64,000 nucleotides of DNA from Caldisericota bacterium. Lineage in GTDB: Bacteria > Caldisericota > Caldisericia > JAAYUI01. The notes beneath the pieces were generated by a model, which worked only from the letters and a program-made list of their open reading frames with translations, was not told where the DNA came from and did not search any database. The stretch is taken from positions 64,001 to 128,000 of the forward strand of contig JAKPMO010000004.1 of the NCBI GenBank assembly GCA_029548865.1. Reading direction: 5' to 3'. Position numbers and translations under genes: made by a program. Each line of letters begins with the position of its first letter. The first letter of the stretch is position 1. Below, in pieces: positions 1 to 8,679 of this stretch.

Positions 1-500
1 TCCCTGTAGCTAGTCAGTTTGAAGAAGTAATTTTCTTCAGATATTTTCTCGACTGGTCTTCCGCAATCAGGGCATTTTCCATCGACAAGGTCGCTCTCGA
101 GGAAGTATGTTTCGCATGGCACGCAATACCAGCCCTCATAACTCCCCTTGTAGACATCACCCTGGTCGTAAAGCTGCTGGATTGCTTTTTTGACTGCAGC
201 AGCATGCCTGGGCTGGGTTGTCCTTATGAAATCATCAAACGAGAGGCCAAATTTTTTGAAATAGTCCTCCCATTGTACTGCAAGCTGGTCAACAAATTGC
301 TGTGTTGTGAGCCCCTTTTCTTTTGCAGCCCTTTCGATTTTTACAGCGTTTTCATCGGTGCCAGTGAGAAACATGACTTCGCGTCCCATCGACTTCCTGT
401 ACCTTGCGATAATGTCTGCAGCCATTGTTGTGTACACATGTCCGATATGCGGGTTGTCGTTGATGTAGTAAATGGGCGTTGTCACATAATACTTTTTCAT
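1..500 (-). CDS. metG: Methionyl-tRNA synthetase, N-terminal part (runs off the left edge)
   Basis: Not in the ORF track. Manual translation from the ATG at 500 gives MKKYYVTTPIYYINDNPHIGHVY...FLTGTDEN...FIRTT...YCVPCE...CPDCG (HIGH motif and Zn knuckle). SD GGAGGTG upstream. Confidence 0.97.
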   Translation of the reverse strand, partial: MKKYYVTTPIYYINDNPHIGHVYTTMAADIIARYRKSMGREVMFLTGTDENAVKIERAAKEKGLTTQQFVDQLAVQWEDYFKKFGLSFDDFIRTTQPRHAAAVKKAIQQLYDQGDVYKGSYEGWYCVPCETYFLESDLVDGKCPDCGRPVEKISEENYFFKLTSYR

Positions 501-530
501 CTTGCACCTCCAAAAATTGATATTCATGTC

Positions 531-558
531 ATTTTATCGGAATTGAGGTGTTTTTCAA
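531..558 (-). promoter_or_regulatory. Putative sigma70-type promoter of metG
   Basis: TTGAAA-N16-TAAAAT, ending 30 nt before the start codon. Confidence 0.6.
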
Positions 559-607
559 CGTTTTATTACAGATTGCCAATCATTCCTACATTCCATTGGT
601 GGTGGAT

Positions 608-2875
608 TTATCTGTGTGGGTGATAAATGCTCCAGTTTTTTATGGCATCTTCTGGCGACTGGACATAATAAGTTTTCTCCAGCAACAAACAATCTCGATA
701 AATTCTGCAATCATCGTCGTTGCATTCACTGCCTTTAGGGATATTCTTCAATGCAATCTTAGAAAGACCAACCGTTTCACAATTACAAATAGTTCTTCGG
801 AAAAAATAATTTCCATTCTGTATCTCTTTAACTGAATTAATATGCTCTGGAGTAGGATAATTATATGTAATATCATATATGAATCCATCTTCCCTCAGTT
901 CCATTCTATGCATTGAACTAAACTTCATCGATGCATGATCCCGTCCAAAAAAATCATCAGGAACTGGTGCGCACCCTAGCTCAAGGGTGCCATAATGGCC
1001 CCTGCCACCGAAAGACCCAAAGAAATATTCAACCGATCCCAATCCTTCAACATCCATCACAAGCTGGTGCAATTGCCCGTTTATTACCGAGAATGTTACT
1101 GTATCATTGGTGTTTTCAGTCGCACCAAAATTCTGGAATTGAAAAACGAAGTCTGTAATCCCATCGCAATTTACATCGCCTATCCCATTGACTAAGATTG
1201 CCATTTCTCCCTCGATCCAGTCCATCAATTGGGTTGGTTTATAATTATTTTTTTCATTCCCAAGTTTGATGGCAGTCATGCATGGCGGGTAATCGGTTAT
1301 AATGAAAATTATATCCTCTGAAACTGGAATTACCATGTAATTCCTCTCATCTGCTATAAATTTGCCTCGATTCCATGTAAGCTCTTTACCTCCAAGCGTG
1401 AAATTCACAAATTTGATGAGATCTCTTTGAGAACTTTCTGGTTTTATCTGTGGCAAATCTTCCTTGTTGTTATAATTTATCTTTGCCATCTCATGTTTTC
1501 CAAGCCTTCTTTCTGGCCAGTAGCTTCCAGGTTCAATCTCCCAGCTCCTGCCTTCAAAAGGTTTATCTTGATATGGCGAATGGATAAAAATCATATTTTT
1601 TGAATCATTAAAAAATAGTAGTTCTTCAACTTCCTCGTAAGATAGAACGGTTTTTTTATTTATAGCTTCCTTCAAAGTTTTCCAGGCATCTTTGTAATTT
1701 GGAAACTTGTTGTATCTAAAATTATCCATATGGAGCCACACTTCACGGTTATACCATTTTTCGTGTTCGTATGAATCTCCTGCTTGCAAGGGTAATGAAA
1801 ATCTGGCAAGTGTTTCGACAATTTCTATTTCCCGTTTTTCTTTGATTTTGCTTGTTAGCGCATTGCGTTTGTATTGATTCAATGGCCCTATCTGCTCAAG
1901 GAAAATGTATTTTTCAAAAGGATTTCTTAGCCTCTCTGGTGTCCACAGCCCTCTCAAGATGTTTGGGAATATATAGGAAACGTCTATCAAATCTTCCCCG
2001 GAGATTTTGACTAGGTGAATTCTGGACTCATAGTCAGGGCATACAAAACCAGCCACAGACCCGATTTTGATCGCCATTATGCAATCACCGGTTCCATACT
2101 CTTTGTATGTTTTAATTATCGGAAAATTATTTTTTTCGTAGATATTGTTTACATTGTTTATATCCACGCTCATTATTAGATCGAATTCTACGGGCCTATT
2201 TCCTATGCCGATTATTTCATATATGTTTTCATCATGTCTGAAATGAACTTCCTCCATCCCATTGTTGTCAATATCGAATATGGAGAAGGGTACCTCTTTT
2301 GTTAATGGAAAAACATTCCTGGACAATTCGTACCAGTAAAATTCTTTCTCAGTGTTCAAAAAAAAGAAAATAAGTTTACCGGAGATTGTTGTGTCAAATT
2401 CGGGCTTGTTAGTGTCCATTGTCCCAAATGGTTGGCCGTTATCAGATGAGAAAAAGCAAACTGCCATGTTGCTCCTGGTCCAATAATAAATAAAAGATTC
2501 TTGAGTTTTACTGTCATTGATCCATTTTAAAATTCCATTGCCAAGTGTGGCCGCTTTGTATTGGCTGTATTCAATCGAAGTTTTGTATTCGTTGTTTTTC
2601 TTTATATTTCCGACATTTTTGTTCTTCCAGTAAAAATCATCTTTTGGGATTTCTGGGATAGCTTGAATACACACTGGAGGATTATTATTAATAGATACCA
2701 AATTAGTTCCGTACATATTTTTTAAAGCATCCAAGTCACTTTTGTCACCTTGCTGTTCTGTTTCGGGGGCATTTTTGCTGTTTTTTTGTATATCATCTTC
2801 CTGCTTTTTTGTCCCAGACATACACCCTGACAGCCCAATTGCCAGAATGATCATAATAAGCGCCAGTTTCTTCAT
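608..2875 (-). CDS. Hypothetical lipoprotein (755 aa)
   Basis: Start reassigned to ATG 2875 (SD GGAGG). Signal MKKLALIMIILAIGLSG-C with lipobox; two DxD/NxN/DG loops; Cys-rich C-terminus. Confidence 0.8.
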   Translation of the reverse strand: MKKLALIMIILAIGLSGCMSGTKKQEDDIQKNSKNAPETEQQGDKSDLDALKNMYGTNLVSINNNPPVCIQAIPEIPKDDFYWKNKNVGNIKKNNEYKTSIEYSQYKAATLGNGILKWINDSKTQESFIYYWTRSNMAVCFFSSDNGQPFGTMDTNKPEFDTTISGKLIFFFLNTEKEFYWYELSRNVFPLTKEVPFSIFDIDNNGMEEVHFRHDENIYEIIGIGNRPVEFDLIMSVDINNVNNIYEKNNFPIIKTYKEYGTGDCIMAIKIGSVAGFVCPDYESRIHLVKISGEDLIDVSYIFPNILRGLWTPERLRNPFEKYIFLEQIGPLNQYKRNALTSKIKEKREIEIVETLARFSLPLQAGDSYEHEKWYNREVWLHMDNFRYNKFPNYKDAWKTLKEAINKKTVLSYEEVEELLFFNDSKNMIFIHSPYQDKPFEGRSWEIEPGSYWPERRLGKHEMAKINYNNKEDLPQIKPESSQRDLIKFVNFTLGGKELTWNRGKFIADERNYMVIPVSEDIIFIITDYPPCMTAIKLGNEKNNYKPTQLMDWIEGEMAILVNGIGDVNCDGITDFVFQFQNFGATENTNDTVTFSVINGQLHQLVMDVEGLGSVEYFFGSFGGRGHYGTLELGCAPVPDDFFGRDHASMKFSSMHRMELREDGFIYDITYNYPTPEHINSVKEIQNGNYFFRRTICNCETVGLSKIALKNIPKGSECNDDDCRIYRDCLLLEKTYYVQSPEDAIKNWSIYHPHR

Positions 2876-2950
2876 TCCTGCCCTCCAGGTTCCATATACT
2901 ATAAAGGGTGCCGGTTTGCAATGATAGAGAGACAAAAAGCCCTTGGTTCC

Positions 2951-2979
2951 TTGACTTGAAAGTTGCCCCAAACTACACT
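2951..2979 (+). promoter_or_regulatory. Putative promoter of the dnaX operon
   Basis: TTGACT-N17-TACACT. Confidence 0.6.
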
Positions 2980-2986
2980 CTCTTTC

Positions 2987-4579
2987 GTGTCATCGGCATA
3001 TATTTCTCTCTATCGCAAATGGCGTTCGCAGTCGCTGGACGAGATCGTTGGCCAGGAGTTCGCAGTCAGGACCCTGAACAACACGTTCAAGTCTGGAAGA
3101 ATTGCTCATGCCTACCTTTTTTGTGGGCCAAGGGGCGTTGGCAAGACCAGTCTTGCCAGGATACTGGCCAAATCTGTCAATTGTGAAACAGGCATTACTC
3201 CGGCCCCCTGCCAGACATGCCAGAGTTGCAAGTCAATCACTGACGGGACAAACCTTGATGTAATCGAGATCGATGCCGCTTCAAACAGGGGTGTTGATGA
3301 TATAAGGCAGTTGAGGGAAAGGGTGAAATTCGCACCGGTTTCCTCAAGGTTCAAGGTCTACATTATCGACGAAGTCCATATGCTCACGGGCGAGGCATTC
3401 AATGCCCTGCTCAAGACGCTTGAAGAGCCGCCGCCGCATGTGATTTTTGTGCTTGCCACCACCGAGCCGCACAAGATACCGGTCACAATACTCTCAAGGT
3501 GCATCAGGTTTGACCTGAAGAGGATCCCGACTGACATGCAAGTCCAGCTGTTGCGCAGGATTTCTGATGCCGAGGGGATAAAGATTACCGATGATGCCCT
3601 GAGGTTGCTTGCCATTGACAGCAACGGTTCCCTCAGGGACGCCGAGAGCCTGCTTGATCAGGTGGCTTCTTTTACTGATGGTGAAATAGGCACCGAGGAC
3701 ATAGCCATGATGCTTGGCGTGACCGGTGAAAAATTCCTGCACAAGTACCTTCTGCATATTGCAGAGGGCAAGGCCGGCGAAGCGATTGGGTTGGTCAGGG
3801 AAGCATATAAAAATGGCAAGGAGCCGGAGCAGATTTCAAAAGACCTACTCTTGAGGGTTCACATTCTCATTCTCTCTGCCATTGGGGTCTCAAAGCAGGA
3901 ACTGCTCTCAGACTATGCTGTTGATCCAGAACTCATTTCCCAGGAATCATCGTCCTTCAGCTTCAGTTCGTTAAGACTCATAGAAATGAAGCTCAGGGAG
4001 CTTGTATCTCAGATGCGCTATACATTCTCGGCACTGGCTTCCCTCGAGATGACGACACTCGAACTTTCCGATATCGCCTCTGGAGCGGTTTTGCAATTGC
4101 CGGAACAGGCTCCGCAGGCCGTAAAAGAGCAAGCACCAAAAACCCAGATCAAAAAAGAAGATGTGCTTGTTGCTCCGATGAAAGAGCAGACCCAAAAAGA
4201 CCCTGAAGTGAAGCCTTCTGTGGCACAGGATTCCAAACCAAAAGCTGAAACCAGCTCATGCTCCTGCCTTGCAGACAAGGTCAAGGAAGCAGTCAAGGAA
4301 ACTGATATTATTCTTTTTGCCTTCCTGACGAGGCTTCTGGATGTGATAATTGAAGGCAATATTGCCCAGCTTATTTTGCCATCGGATGCCGAATTTGAGA
4401 AAGCAAGGCTTTCGGAGCGCCCGAACCAGGAAAAACTTTCAACAATAGTGTCAAAATTGATTGGGCAGGAAGTCACTGCCAAACCACAATTGCTCAAAGT
4501 GCAGACAAAAAACCTGGCTGAAGATGACCAGGTAAAAGCTGCTTTTGATTTGTTCAAAGGAAAAATACAGGAGAATTGA
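2987..4579 (+). CDS. dnaX: DNA polymerase III subunit gamma/tau
   Basis: LYRKWR, Walker A GPRGVGKT, Zn motif CQTCQSC, EIDAAS, IIDEVHML, SRC. Start placed at GTG 2987 (ORF track uses TTG 2963). Confidence 0.97.
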   Translation: MSSAYISLYRKWRSQSLDEIVGQEFAVRTLNNTFKSGRIAHAYLFCGPRGVGKTSLARILAKSVNCETGITPAPCQTCQSCKSITDGTNLDVIEIDAASNRGVDDIRQLRERVKFAPVSSRFKVYIIDEVHMLTGEAFNALLKTLEEPPPHVIFVLATTEPHKIPVTILSRCIRFDLKRIPTDMQVQLLRRISDAEGIKITDDALRLLAIDSNGSLRDAESLLDQVASFTDGEIGTEDIAMMLGVTGEKFLHKYLLHIAEGKAGEAIGLVREAYKNGKEPEQISKDLLLRVHILILSAIGVSKQELLSDYAVDPELISQESSSFSFSSLRLIEMKLRELVSQMRYTFSALASLEMTTLELSDIASGAVLQLPEQAPQAVKEQAPKTQIKKEDVLVAPMKEQTQKDPEVKPSVAQDSKPKAETSSCSCLADKVKEAVKETDIILFAFLTRLLDVIIEGNIAQLILPSDAEFEKARLSERPNQEKLSTIVSKLIGQEVTAKPQLLKVQTKNLAEDDQVKAAFDLFKGKIQEN

Positions 4580-4586
4580 AGAGAAA

Positions 4587-4889
4587 ATGGGAAACAACAT
4601 GTTTGACATGATAAAACAGGCCTCCCAGATGAAGGCACAGGTAATGAAGATCGAAAAAGAGCTTGCCGCAATGAAAATTGAAGGCGAGTCATCAAAGGGT
4701 GAAGTGAAGATCACCGCATTGGTAAATGGCAAGCTTGATGTCATAGGTCTATCAATCACCGAGTCCGAAGAAACCAAGAAACTTGACATAAAAGATTTGA
4801 CAAAACTGGTTCTTGGCGCAATCACAAAGGCCCAGTCCGAGGCAAAGAACGAGGCCGCAAAGATTGCCCGCAACCTCCAACTTGGATGA
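4587..4889 (+). CDS. ybaB: YbaB/EbfC nucleoid-associated protein
   Basis: MIKQASQMKAQV...EGESSKGEVKI; canonical position between dnaX and recR. Confidence 0.9.
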   Translation: MGNNMFDMIKQASQMKAQVMKIEKELAAMKIEGESSKGEVKITALVNGKLDVIGLSITESEETKKLDIKDLTKLVLGAITKAQSEAKNEAAKIARNLQLG

Positions 4890-5494
4890 ACTATCCGGTC
4901 AAGGCCTTTCAAGAGCTTGTTGACAACCTCCACAAGCTGCCAGGCATTGGCCCAAAAACAGCCGAAAGGCTGTCTCTGTTTATTTTGGGGATGGACCCGG
5001 AAGAGGCCAGGAAAATCTCTGATGCAATCGGGAAACTGCATGAGCGTGTAAAGCGCTGTCCAGTTTGCTTTAATCTTTCGGATGGTGGTGAATGTCCGGT
5101 TTGCCTTGATGAAAAGAGAGACCATTCAATCGTGCTTGTTGTTGAAGAAGCAAAGGATGTCCTGGCTATTGAAAGGGCTGGTTCATTTTCAGGAGTTTAT
5201 CACGTTATTGGCGGAACAATTAGGCTTGCATCGGGTATTGGGCCTGAAAAACTTAATATAGACGGCCTGATTGCCAGAGTGAGGAATGGTGGGATAAAGG
5301 AAATTATCCTTGCCACAAACCTGACCCATGAAGGTAATTTGACAGCAATGTACATAAAAAAAGAGCTTGACGGGATTGATGTCGAAATCTCCAGGATTGC
5401 CTCTGGCATCCCGATCGGCACCGAGCTTGAATTTGCAGACGGTGTGACCCTGACAGAATCCATAAAGGGCAGGGTGCATCTAACCAAGGAGTAA
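4886..5494 (+). CDS. recR: Recombination mediator RecR
   Basis: HhH LPGIGPKTAERL, C4 Zn finger, Toprim VVEE, GIPIGTELEFAD. Confidence 0.98.
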   Translation: MNYPVKAFQELVDNLHKLPGIGPKTAERLSLFILGMDPEEARKISDAIGKLHERVKRCPVCFNLSDGGECPVCLDEKRDHSIVLVVEEAKDVLAIERAGSFSGVYHVIGGTIRLASGIGPEKLNIDGLIARVRNGGIKEIILATNLTHEGNLTAMYIKKELDGIDVEISRIASGIPIGTELEFADGVTLTESIKGRVHLTKE

Positions 5495-5501
5495 GAAAAC
5501 C

Positions 5502-7319
5502 ATGTGCGGAATTTTTGGCATTGTTTACAAAGAAGACAAGGATGATATGGGCAAGACACTCACGAAGGCCGCAAAAAGCCTTACCTATAGGGGCTATGAT
5601 TCGGTGGGTGCCGTTGCTGTAACGAAAACCGGCAAAGCTGACCTCAGAAAAGATATCGGTAAAGTGGATGAGGTTGCCAAAAAGCTCAATTTTGAGGAGC
5701 TTTGTGGCAACAGGGGCATAACCCAGCTCCGCTGGGCTACGTTCGGAGTCCCTGCGCAGAGAAATGCCCAGCCGCATTTTGACACAAAAGGAAGGCTTGT
5801 TGGTGCCCACAACGGAAACGTTGTGAATACGATACATCTCATCAAAGAACTCACAGCAAAGGGTCATGTGTTCAGGGGTGAGAACGATGGCGAGGTCGTG
5901 GTTCATGTAATAGAAGACTCATTCAATCGCCATGGAGATCTCGATCTGGCAATCAGGGAAGCAAGAAAGATACTCAAGGGCGACTACGCTTACGCGATCA
6001 CAGCGCTCAAGGGCGAGAAGATGTTTTGCACAAAGATGGGTTCATCACTTTATCTGGGAGTCGGTGACGGATTTGTTTGCTGTTCCTCCGATTTGCCGTC
6101 AATACTCAATCTCACAAACCAGATAGTTCCACTCAATGATGGCGAGTACGTCGAGTTTGACAGCGATTCTTACGAGATCCGCAACATTGAGAATGGCGAG
6201 AAGATAGACAGAAAACCAATCACTTCACCTCTTTCCCCAGAGTCGGCCTCAAAAGGCGATTTTCCGTTTTTCATGGAGAAAGAGATATTTGAACAGCCAG
6301 AAAGGGCCCAGGCCCTGCTTGACTATCTTGCCGAATGTGATGAGCTTGTCCCGTTTGCAGAAGAAATAGCTTCTGGTGACAGAGTATACCTCGTTGGCTC
6401 CGGTTCGTCGTACAATGCTTGTGTAATAGGATCGTACTACCTCAACAAGCTTGGCGGGTGCGCAACTTTCCCGGTTGTTGCAGGGTCATTTATCGAACAT
6501 TTTGGTGAAGGAATAAGACCCACTGACCTTTTTGTCCTTGTCTCACAATCAGGCGAAACAAAAGACGTCATAAACGTGTTGAACATGCTTACTGCCAGAG
6601 GAATGGCAAACAATGTCCTTGGGGTTGTTAACGTTCTGGGCTCTACCCTCATGATGCGCTCCAGAAGGCACCTTCCATTGCTCTCCAATCTTGAAATAGC
6701 TGTTGCAGCAACAAAGACTTTTATCAACCAGTCAGTTCTTTTCCTGGCGCTTGCCATTGAAGTTGCAAAGCTCAAAGGCAGGGCTGGTGATCTTCCGGAA
6801 ACGCTTGCCAAAACGCCAAAAGCAATCAAGGGCACCATCGACCAGATGAACGGCTGGGCCAAGGAACTTGCCGAAAAATACAAGGATTGCGTTGACATGT
6901 ACACGCTTGGCTATGGCGCGACCTATGGTTCTGCGCTTGAGGCCGCACAGAAGATCAAGGAAATCTCCTATGCCCATTGTGAAGGGCTCTATTCGGCAGA
7001 GTTCAAGCATGGCCCGCTTGCCATCGTCACTGAAGGCTATCCTGTTTTCTATCTCACAACCGTTGAAGACCAGCACATGACCCTTTCCCACATCAACGAG
7101 GTCACATGCAGGCTTGGCAGTGCCATTACTGTTGCGCCACCCTCTGACCTTCTGGCCAAAAACTCAACAGCATTCTACCCGCTCCCACATTCAGAGTATG
7201 CGCTTGTCCCGATACTGTCGGTTGTCTTTATGCAACTGTTCGCTTATCATTTGACTGTAGTTAAAGGATACAGTCCAGATTTCCCGAGGAACTGCTCCAA
7301 GACAATAACAGTTGACTAG
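5502..7319 (+). CDS. glmS: Glutamine--fructose-6-phosphate aminotransferase (divergent)
   Basis: N-terminal MCG, YRGYDS, HNG, SQSGET, VAATKT, EFKHGP, C-terminal PRNCSKTITVD. Confidence 0.9.
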   Translation: MCGIFGIVYKEDKDDMGKTLTKAAKSLTYRGYDSVGAVAVTKTGKADLRKDIGKVDEVAKKLNFEELCGNRGITQLRWATFGVPAQRNAQPHFDTKGRLVGAHNGNVVNTIHLIKELTAKGHVFRGENDGEVVVHVIEDSFNRHGDLDLAIREARKILKGDYAYAITALKGEKMFCTKMGSSLYLGVGDGFVCCSSDLPSILNLTNQIVPLNDGEYVEFDSDSYEIRNIENGEKIDRKPITSPLSPESASKGDFPFFMEKEIFEQPERAQALLDYLAECDELVPFAEEIASGDRVYLVGSGSSYNACVIGSYYLNKLGGCATFPVVAGSFIEHFGEGIRPTDLFVLVSQSGETKDVINVLNMLTARGMANNVLGVVNVLGSTLMMRSRRHLPLLSNLEIAVAATKTFINQSVLFLALAIEVAKLKGRAGDLPETLAKTPKAIKGTIDQMNGWAKELAEKYKDCVDMYTLGYGATYGSALEAAQKIKEISYAHCEGLYSAEFKHGPLAIVTEGYPVFYLTTVEDQHMTLSHINEVTCRLGSAITVAPPSDLLAKNSTAFYPLPHSEYALVPILSVVFMQLFAYHLTVVKGYSPDFPRNCSKTITVD

Positions 7320-7327
7320 GAGGAGAA

Positions 7328-8281
7328 ATGGAACCTAAGGCAACCCGCTTTGGTTATAGTGAAGCGCTCCTGATGCTTGGTGAAAAAGATGACCGTATAG
7401 TTGCACTTGATGCGGACCTTGCAAAATCAACATCCAGCGCGAGGTTCAGGGACAAATTTCCCGACAGATTTTTCAACATGGGCATAGCCGAGCAGAACAT
7501 GGTTGATGTTGCGGCAGGACTCGCACTATCCGGTAAAATACCCTTTGCTTCAAGTTATGGCGTTTTTGTGACTGGCAGGGCATGGGAACAGATGAGGACA
7601 ATGGTTTGTTATTCCAAGCTCCCCGTCAGGATTGCAGGTCATGCAGGTGTTTCAGTTGGAGCGGACGGAGCAACCCACCAGGCACTTGAAGATATCGCAA
7701 TAATGAATGTTCTTCCAAACATGCATGTGTTTTCGCCTTGTGATTATTATGAAACGATAAAAGCAACGATGGCCGCTGCCTATGTTGATGGCCCCGCTTA
7801 CATAAGGTTTGGAAGGGCACCGATACCGATCATAACCGAGGTTGATTCGCCGTTTGAAGTTGGCAAAGCAACCGTCATGAAGAAGGGCTCAGATGCCACT
7901 GTTGTTGCAACCGGAACAATGGTGAACGAAGCCCTTATAGCCAGCGCCGACCTTGCAAATTTTGGCGTATCAGTTGAAGTGATAAATCTCTCGACAATCA
8001 AGCCGCTTGATGGCGAAACGATACTCAATTCTGTTGCAAAAACAGGTTGCATTGTAACGGCAGAAGAGCACCAGATCACAGGTGGAATCGGCTCGATAAT
8101 AGCCAGCCTCCTTTCACTCAATTTGCCTGTTCCTCTTGAGATAGTTGGCATGGGTGACAGATTTGGGGAATCCGGCGAGCCATTTGAGCTCCTCAAGCAT
8201 TTCCACTGCAATTCCTGCGAGATCGTCCAGGCATGCCTCAGGGCCATTTCCAGAAGACAGATGTCGAGAGTGGTTCTGTAG
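7328..8281 (+). CDS. Transketolase, C-terminal (pyrimidine-binding) subunit
   Basis: LDADL, NMGIAEQNM, DGATHQ, GPAYIRFGR, TAEEH, FGESG. Confidence 0.93.
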   Translation: MEPKATRFGYSEALLMLGEKDDRIVALDADLAKSTSSARFRDKFPDRFFNMGIAEQNMVDVAAGLALSGKIPFASSYGVFVTGRAWEQMRTMVCYSKLPVRIAGHAGVSVGADGATHQALEDIAIMNVLPNMHVFSPCDYYETIKATMAAAYVDGPAYIRFGRAPIPIITEVDSPFEVGKATVMKKGSDATVVATGTMVNEALIASADLANFGVSVEVINLSTIKPLDGETILNSVAKTGCIVTAEEHQITGGIGSIIASLLSLNLPVPLEIVGMGDRFGESGEPFELLKHFHCNSCEIVQACLRAISRRQMSRVVL

Positions 8282-8298
8282 TCTGCCGGGGCTTGGCA

Positions 8299-8679
8299 TT
8301 GAAAACATATTTCATACTTTATGTGGCAAGCCAGGAAAGAAGCACTGAGTTTTACAAAAAAGTTCTTGCCAGCGAGCCGGTCCTTTTTGAGCCTGGAATG
8401 ACAGAATTTGCACTATCGGACAGTTGCCTGCTGGGCATAATGCCGGCCGTTGACATTAAGAGAATATTGGGGTCGTTGCTCCCTGAACCTTCCATTAAGC
8501 ACCCAAGTAGTGAAATTTACATGATGGTTGACGATCCACTTGAATACCACAAAAGGGCCTTGAATGCTGGTGCAGTCGAGCTAAGCCCTTTGAGGGAGCG
8601 CGGTTGGGGAGACATTGCTGCTTACAGCCTGGATTTGGACGGCAATGTTCTGGTTTTTGCAAAAAGAATCACTTCTTAA
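8299..8679 (+). CDS. VOC/glyoxalase family protein
   Basis: ILYV...STEFYKKVL...WGDIAAYSLDLDGNVLVF; start codon uncertain (TTG). Confidence 0.8.
   Translation: MKTYFILYVASQERSTEFYKKVLASEPVLFEPGMTEFALSDSCLLGIMPAVDIKRILGSLLPEPSIKHPSSEIYMMVDDPLEYHKRALNAGAVELSPLRERGWGDIAAYSLDLDGNVLVFAKRITS

Noticed and set aside
501..607. T-box or riboswitch upstream of metG (also considered for asnS and glmS)
   Set aside because: Leaders are too short and lack the T-box consensus
4148..4160. A6G run in dnaX after domain III, resembling the E. coli -1 frameshift site
   Set aside because: It is phased C AAA AAA G rather than A AAA AAG, and I see no convincing stimulatory hairpin or immediate -1 stop
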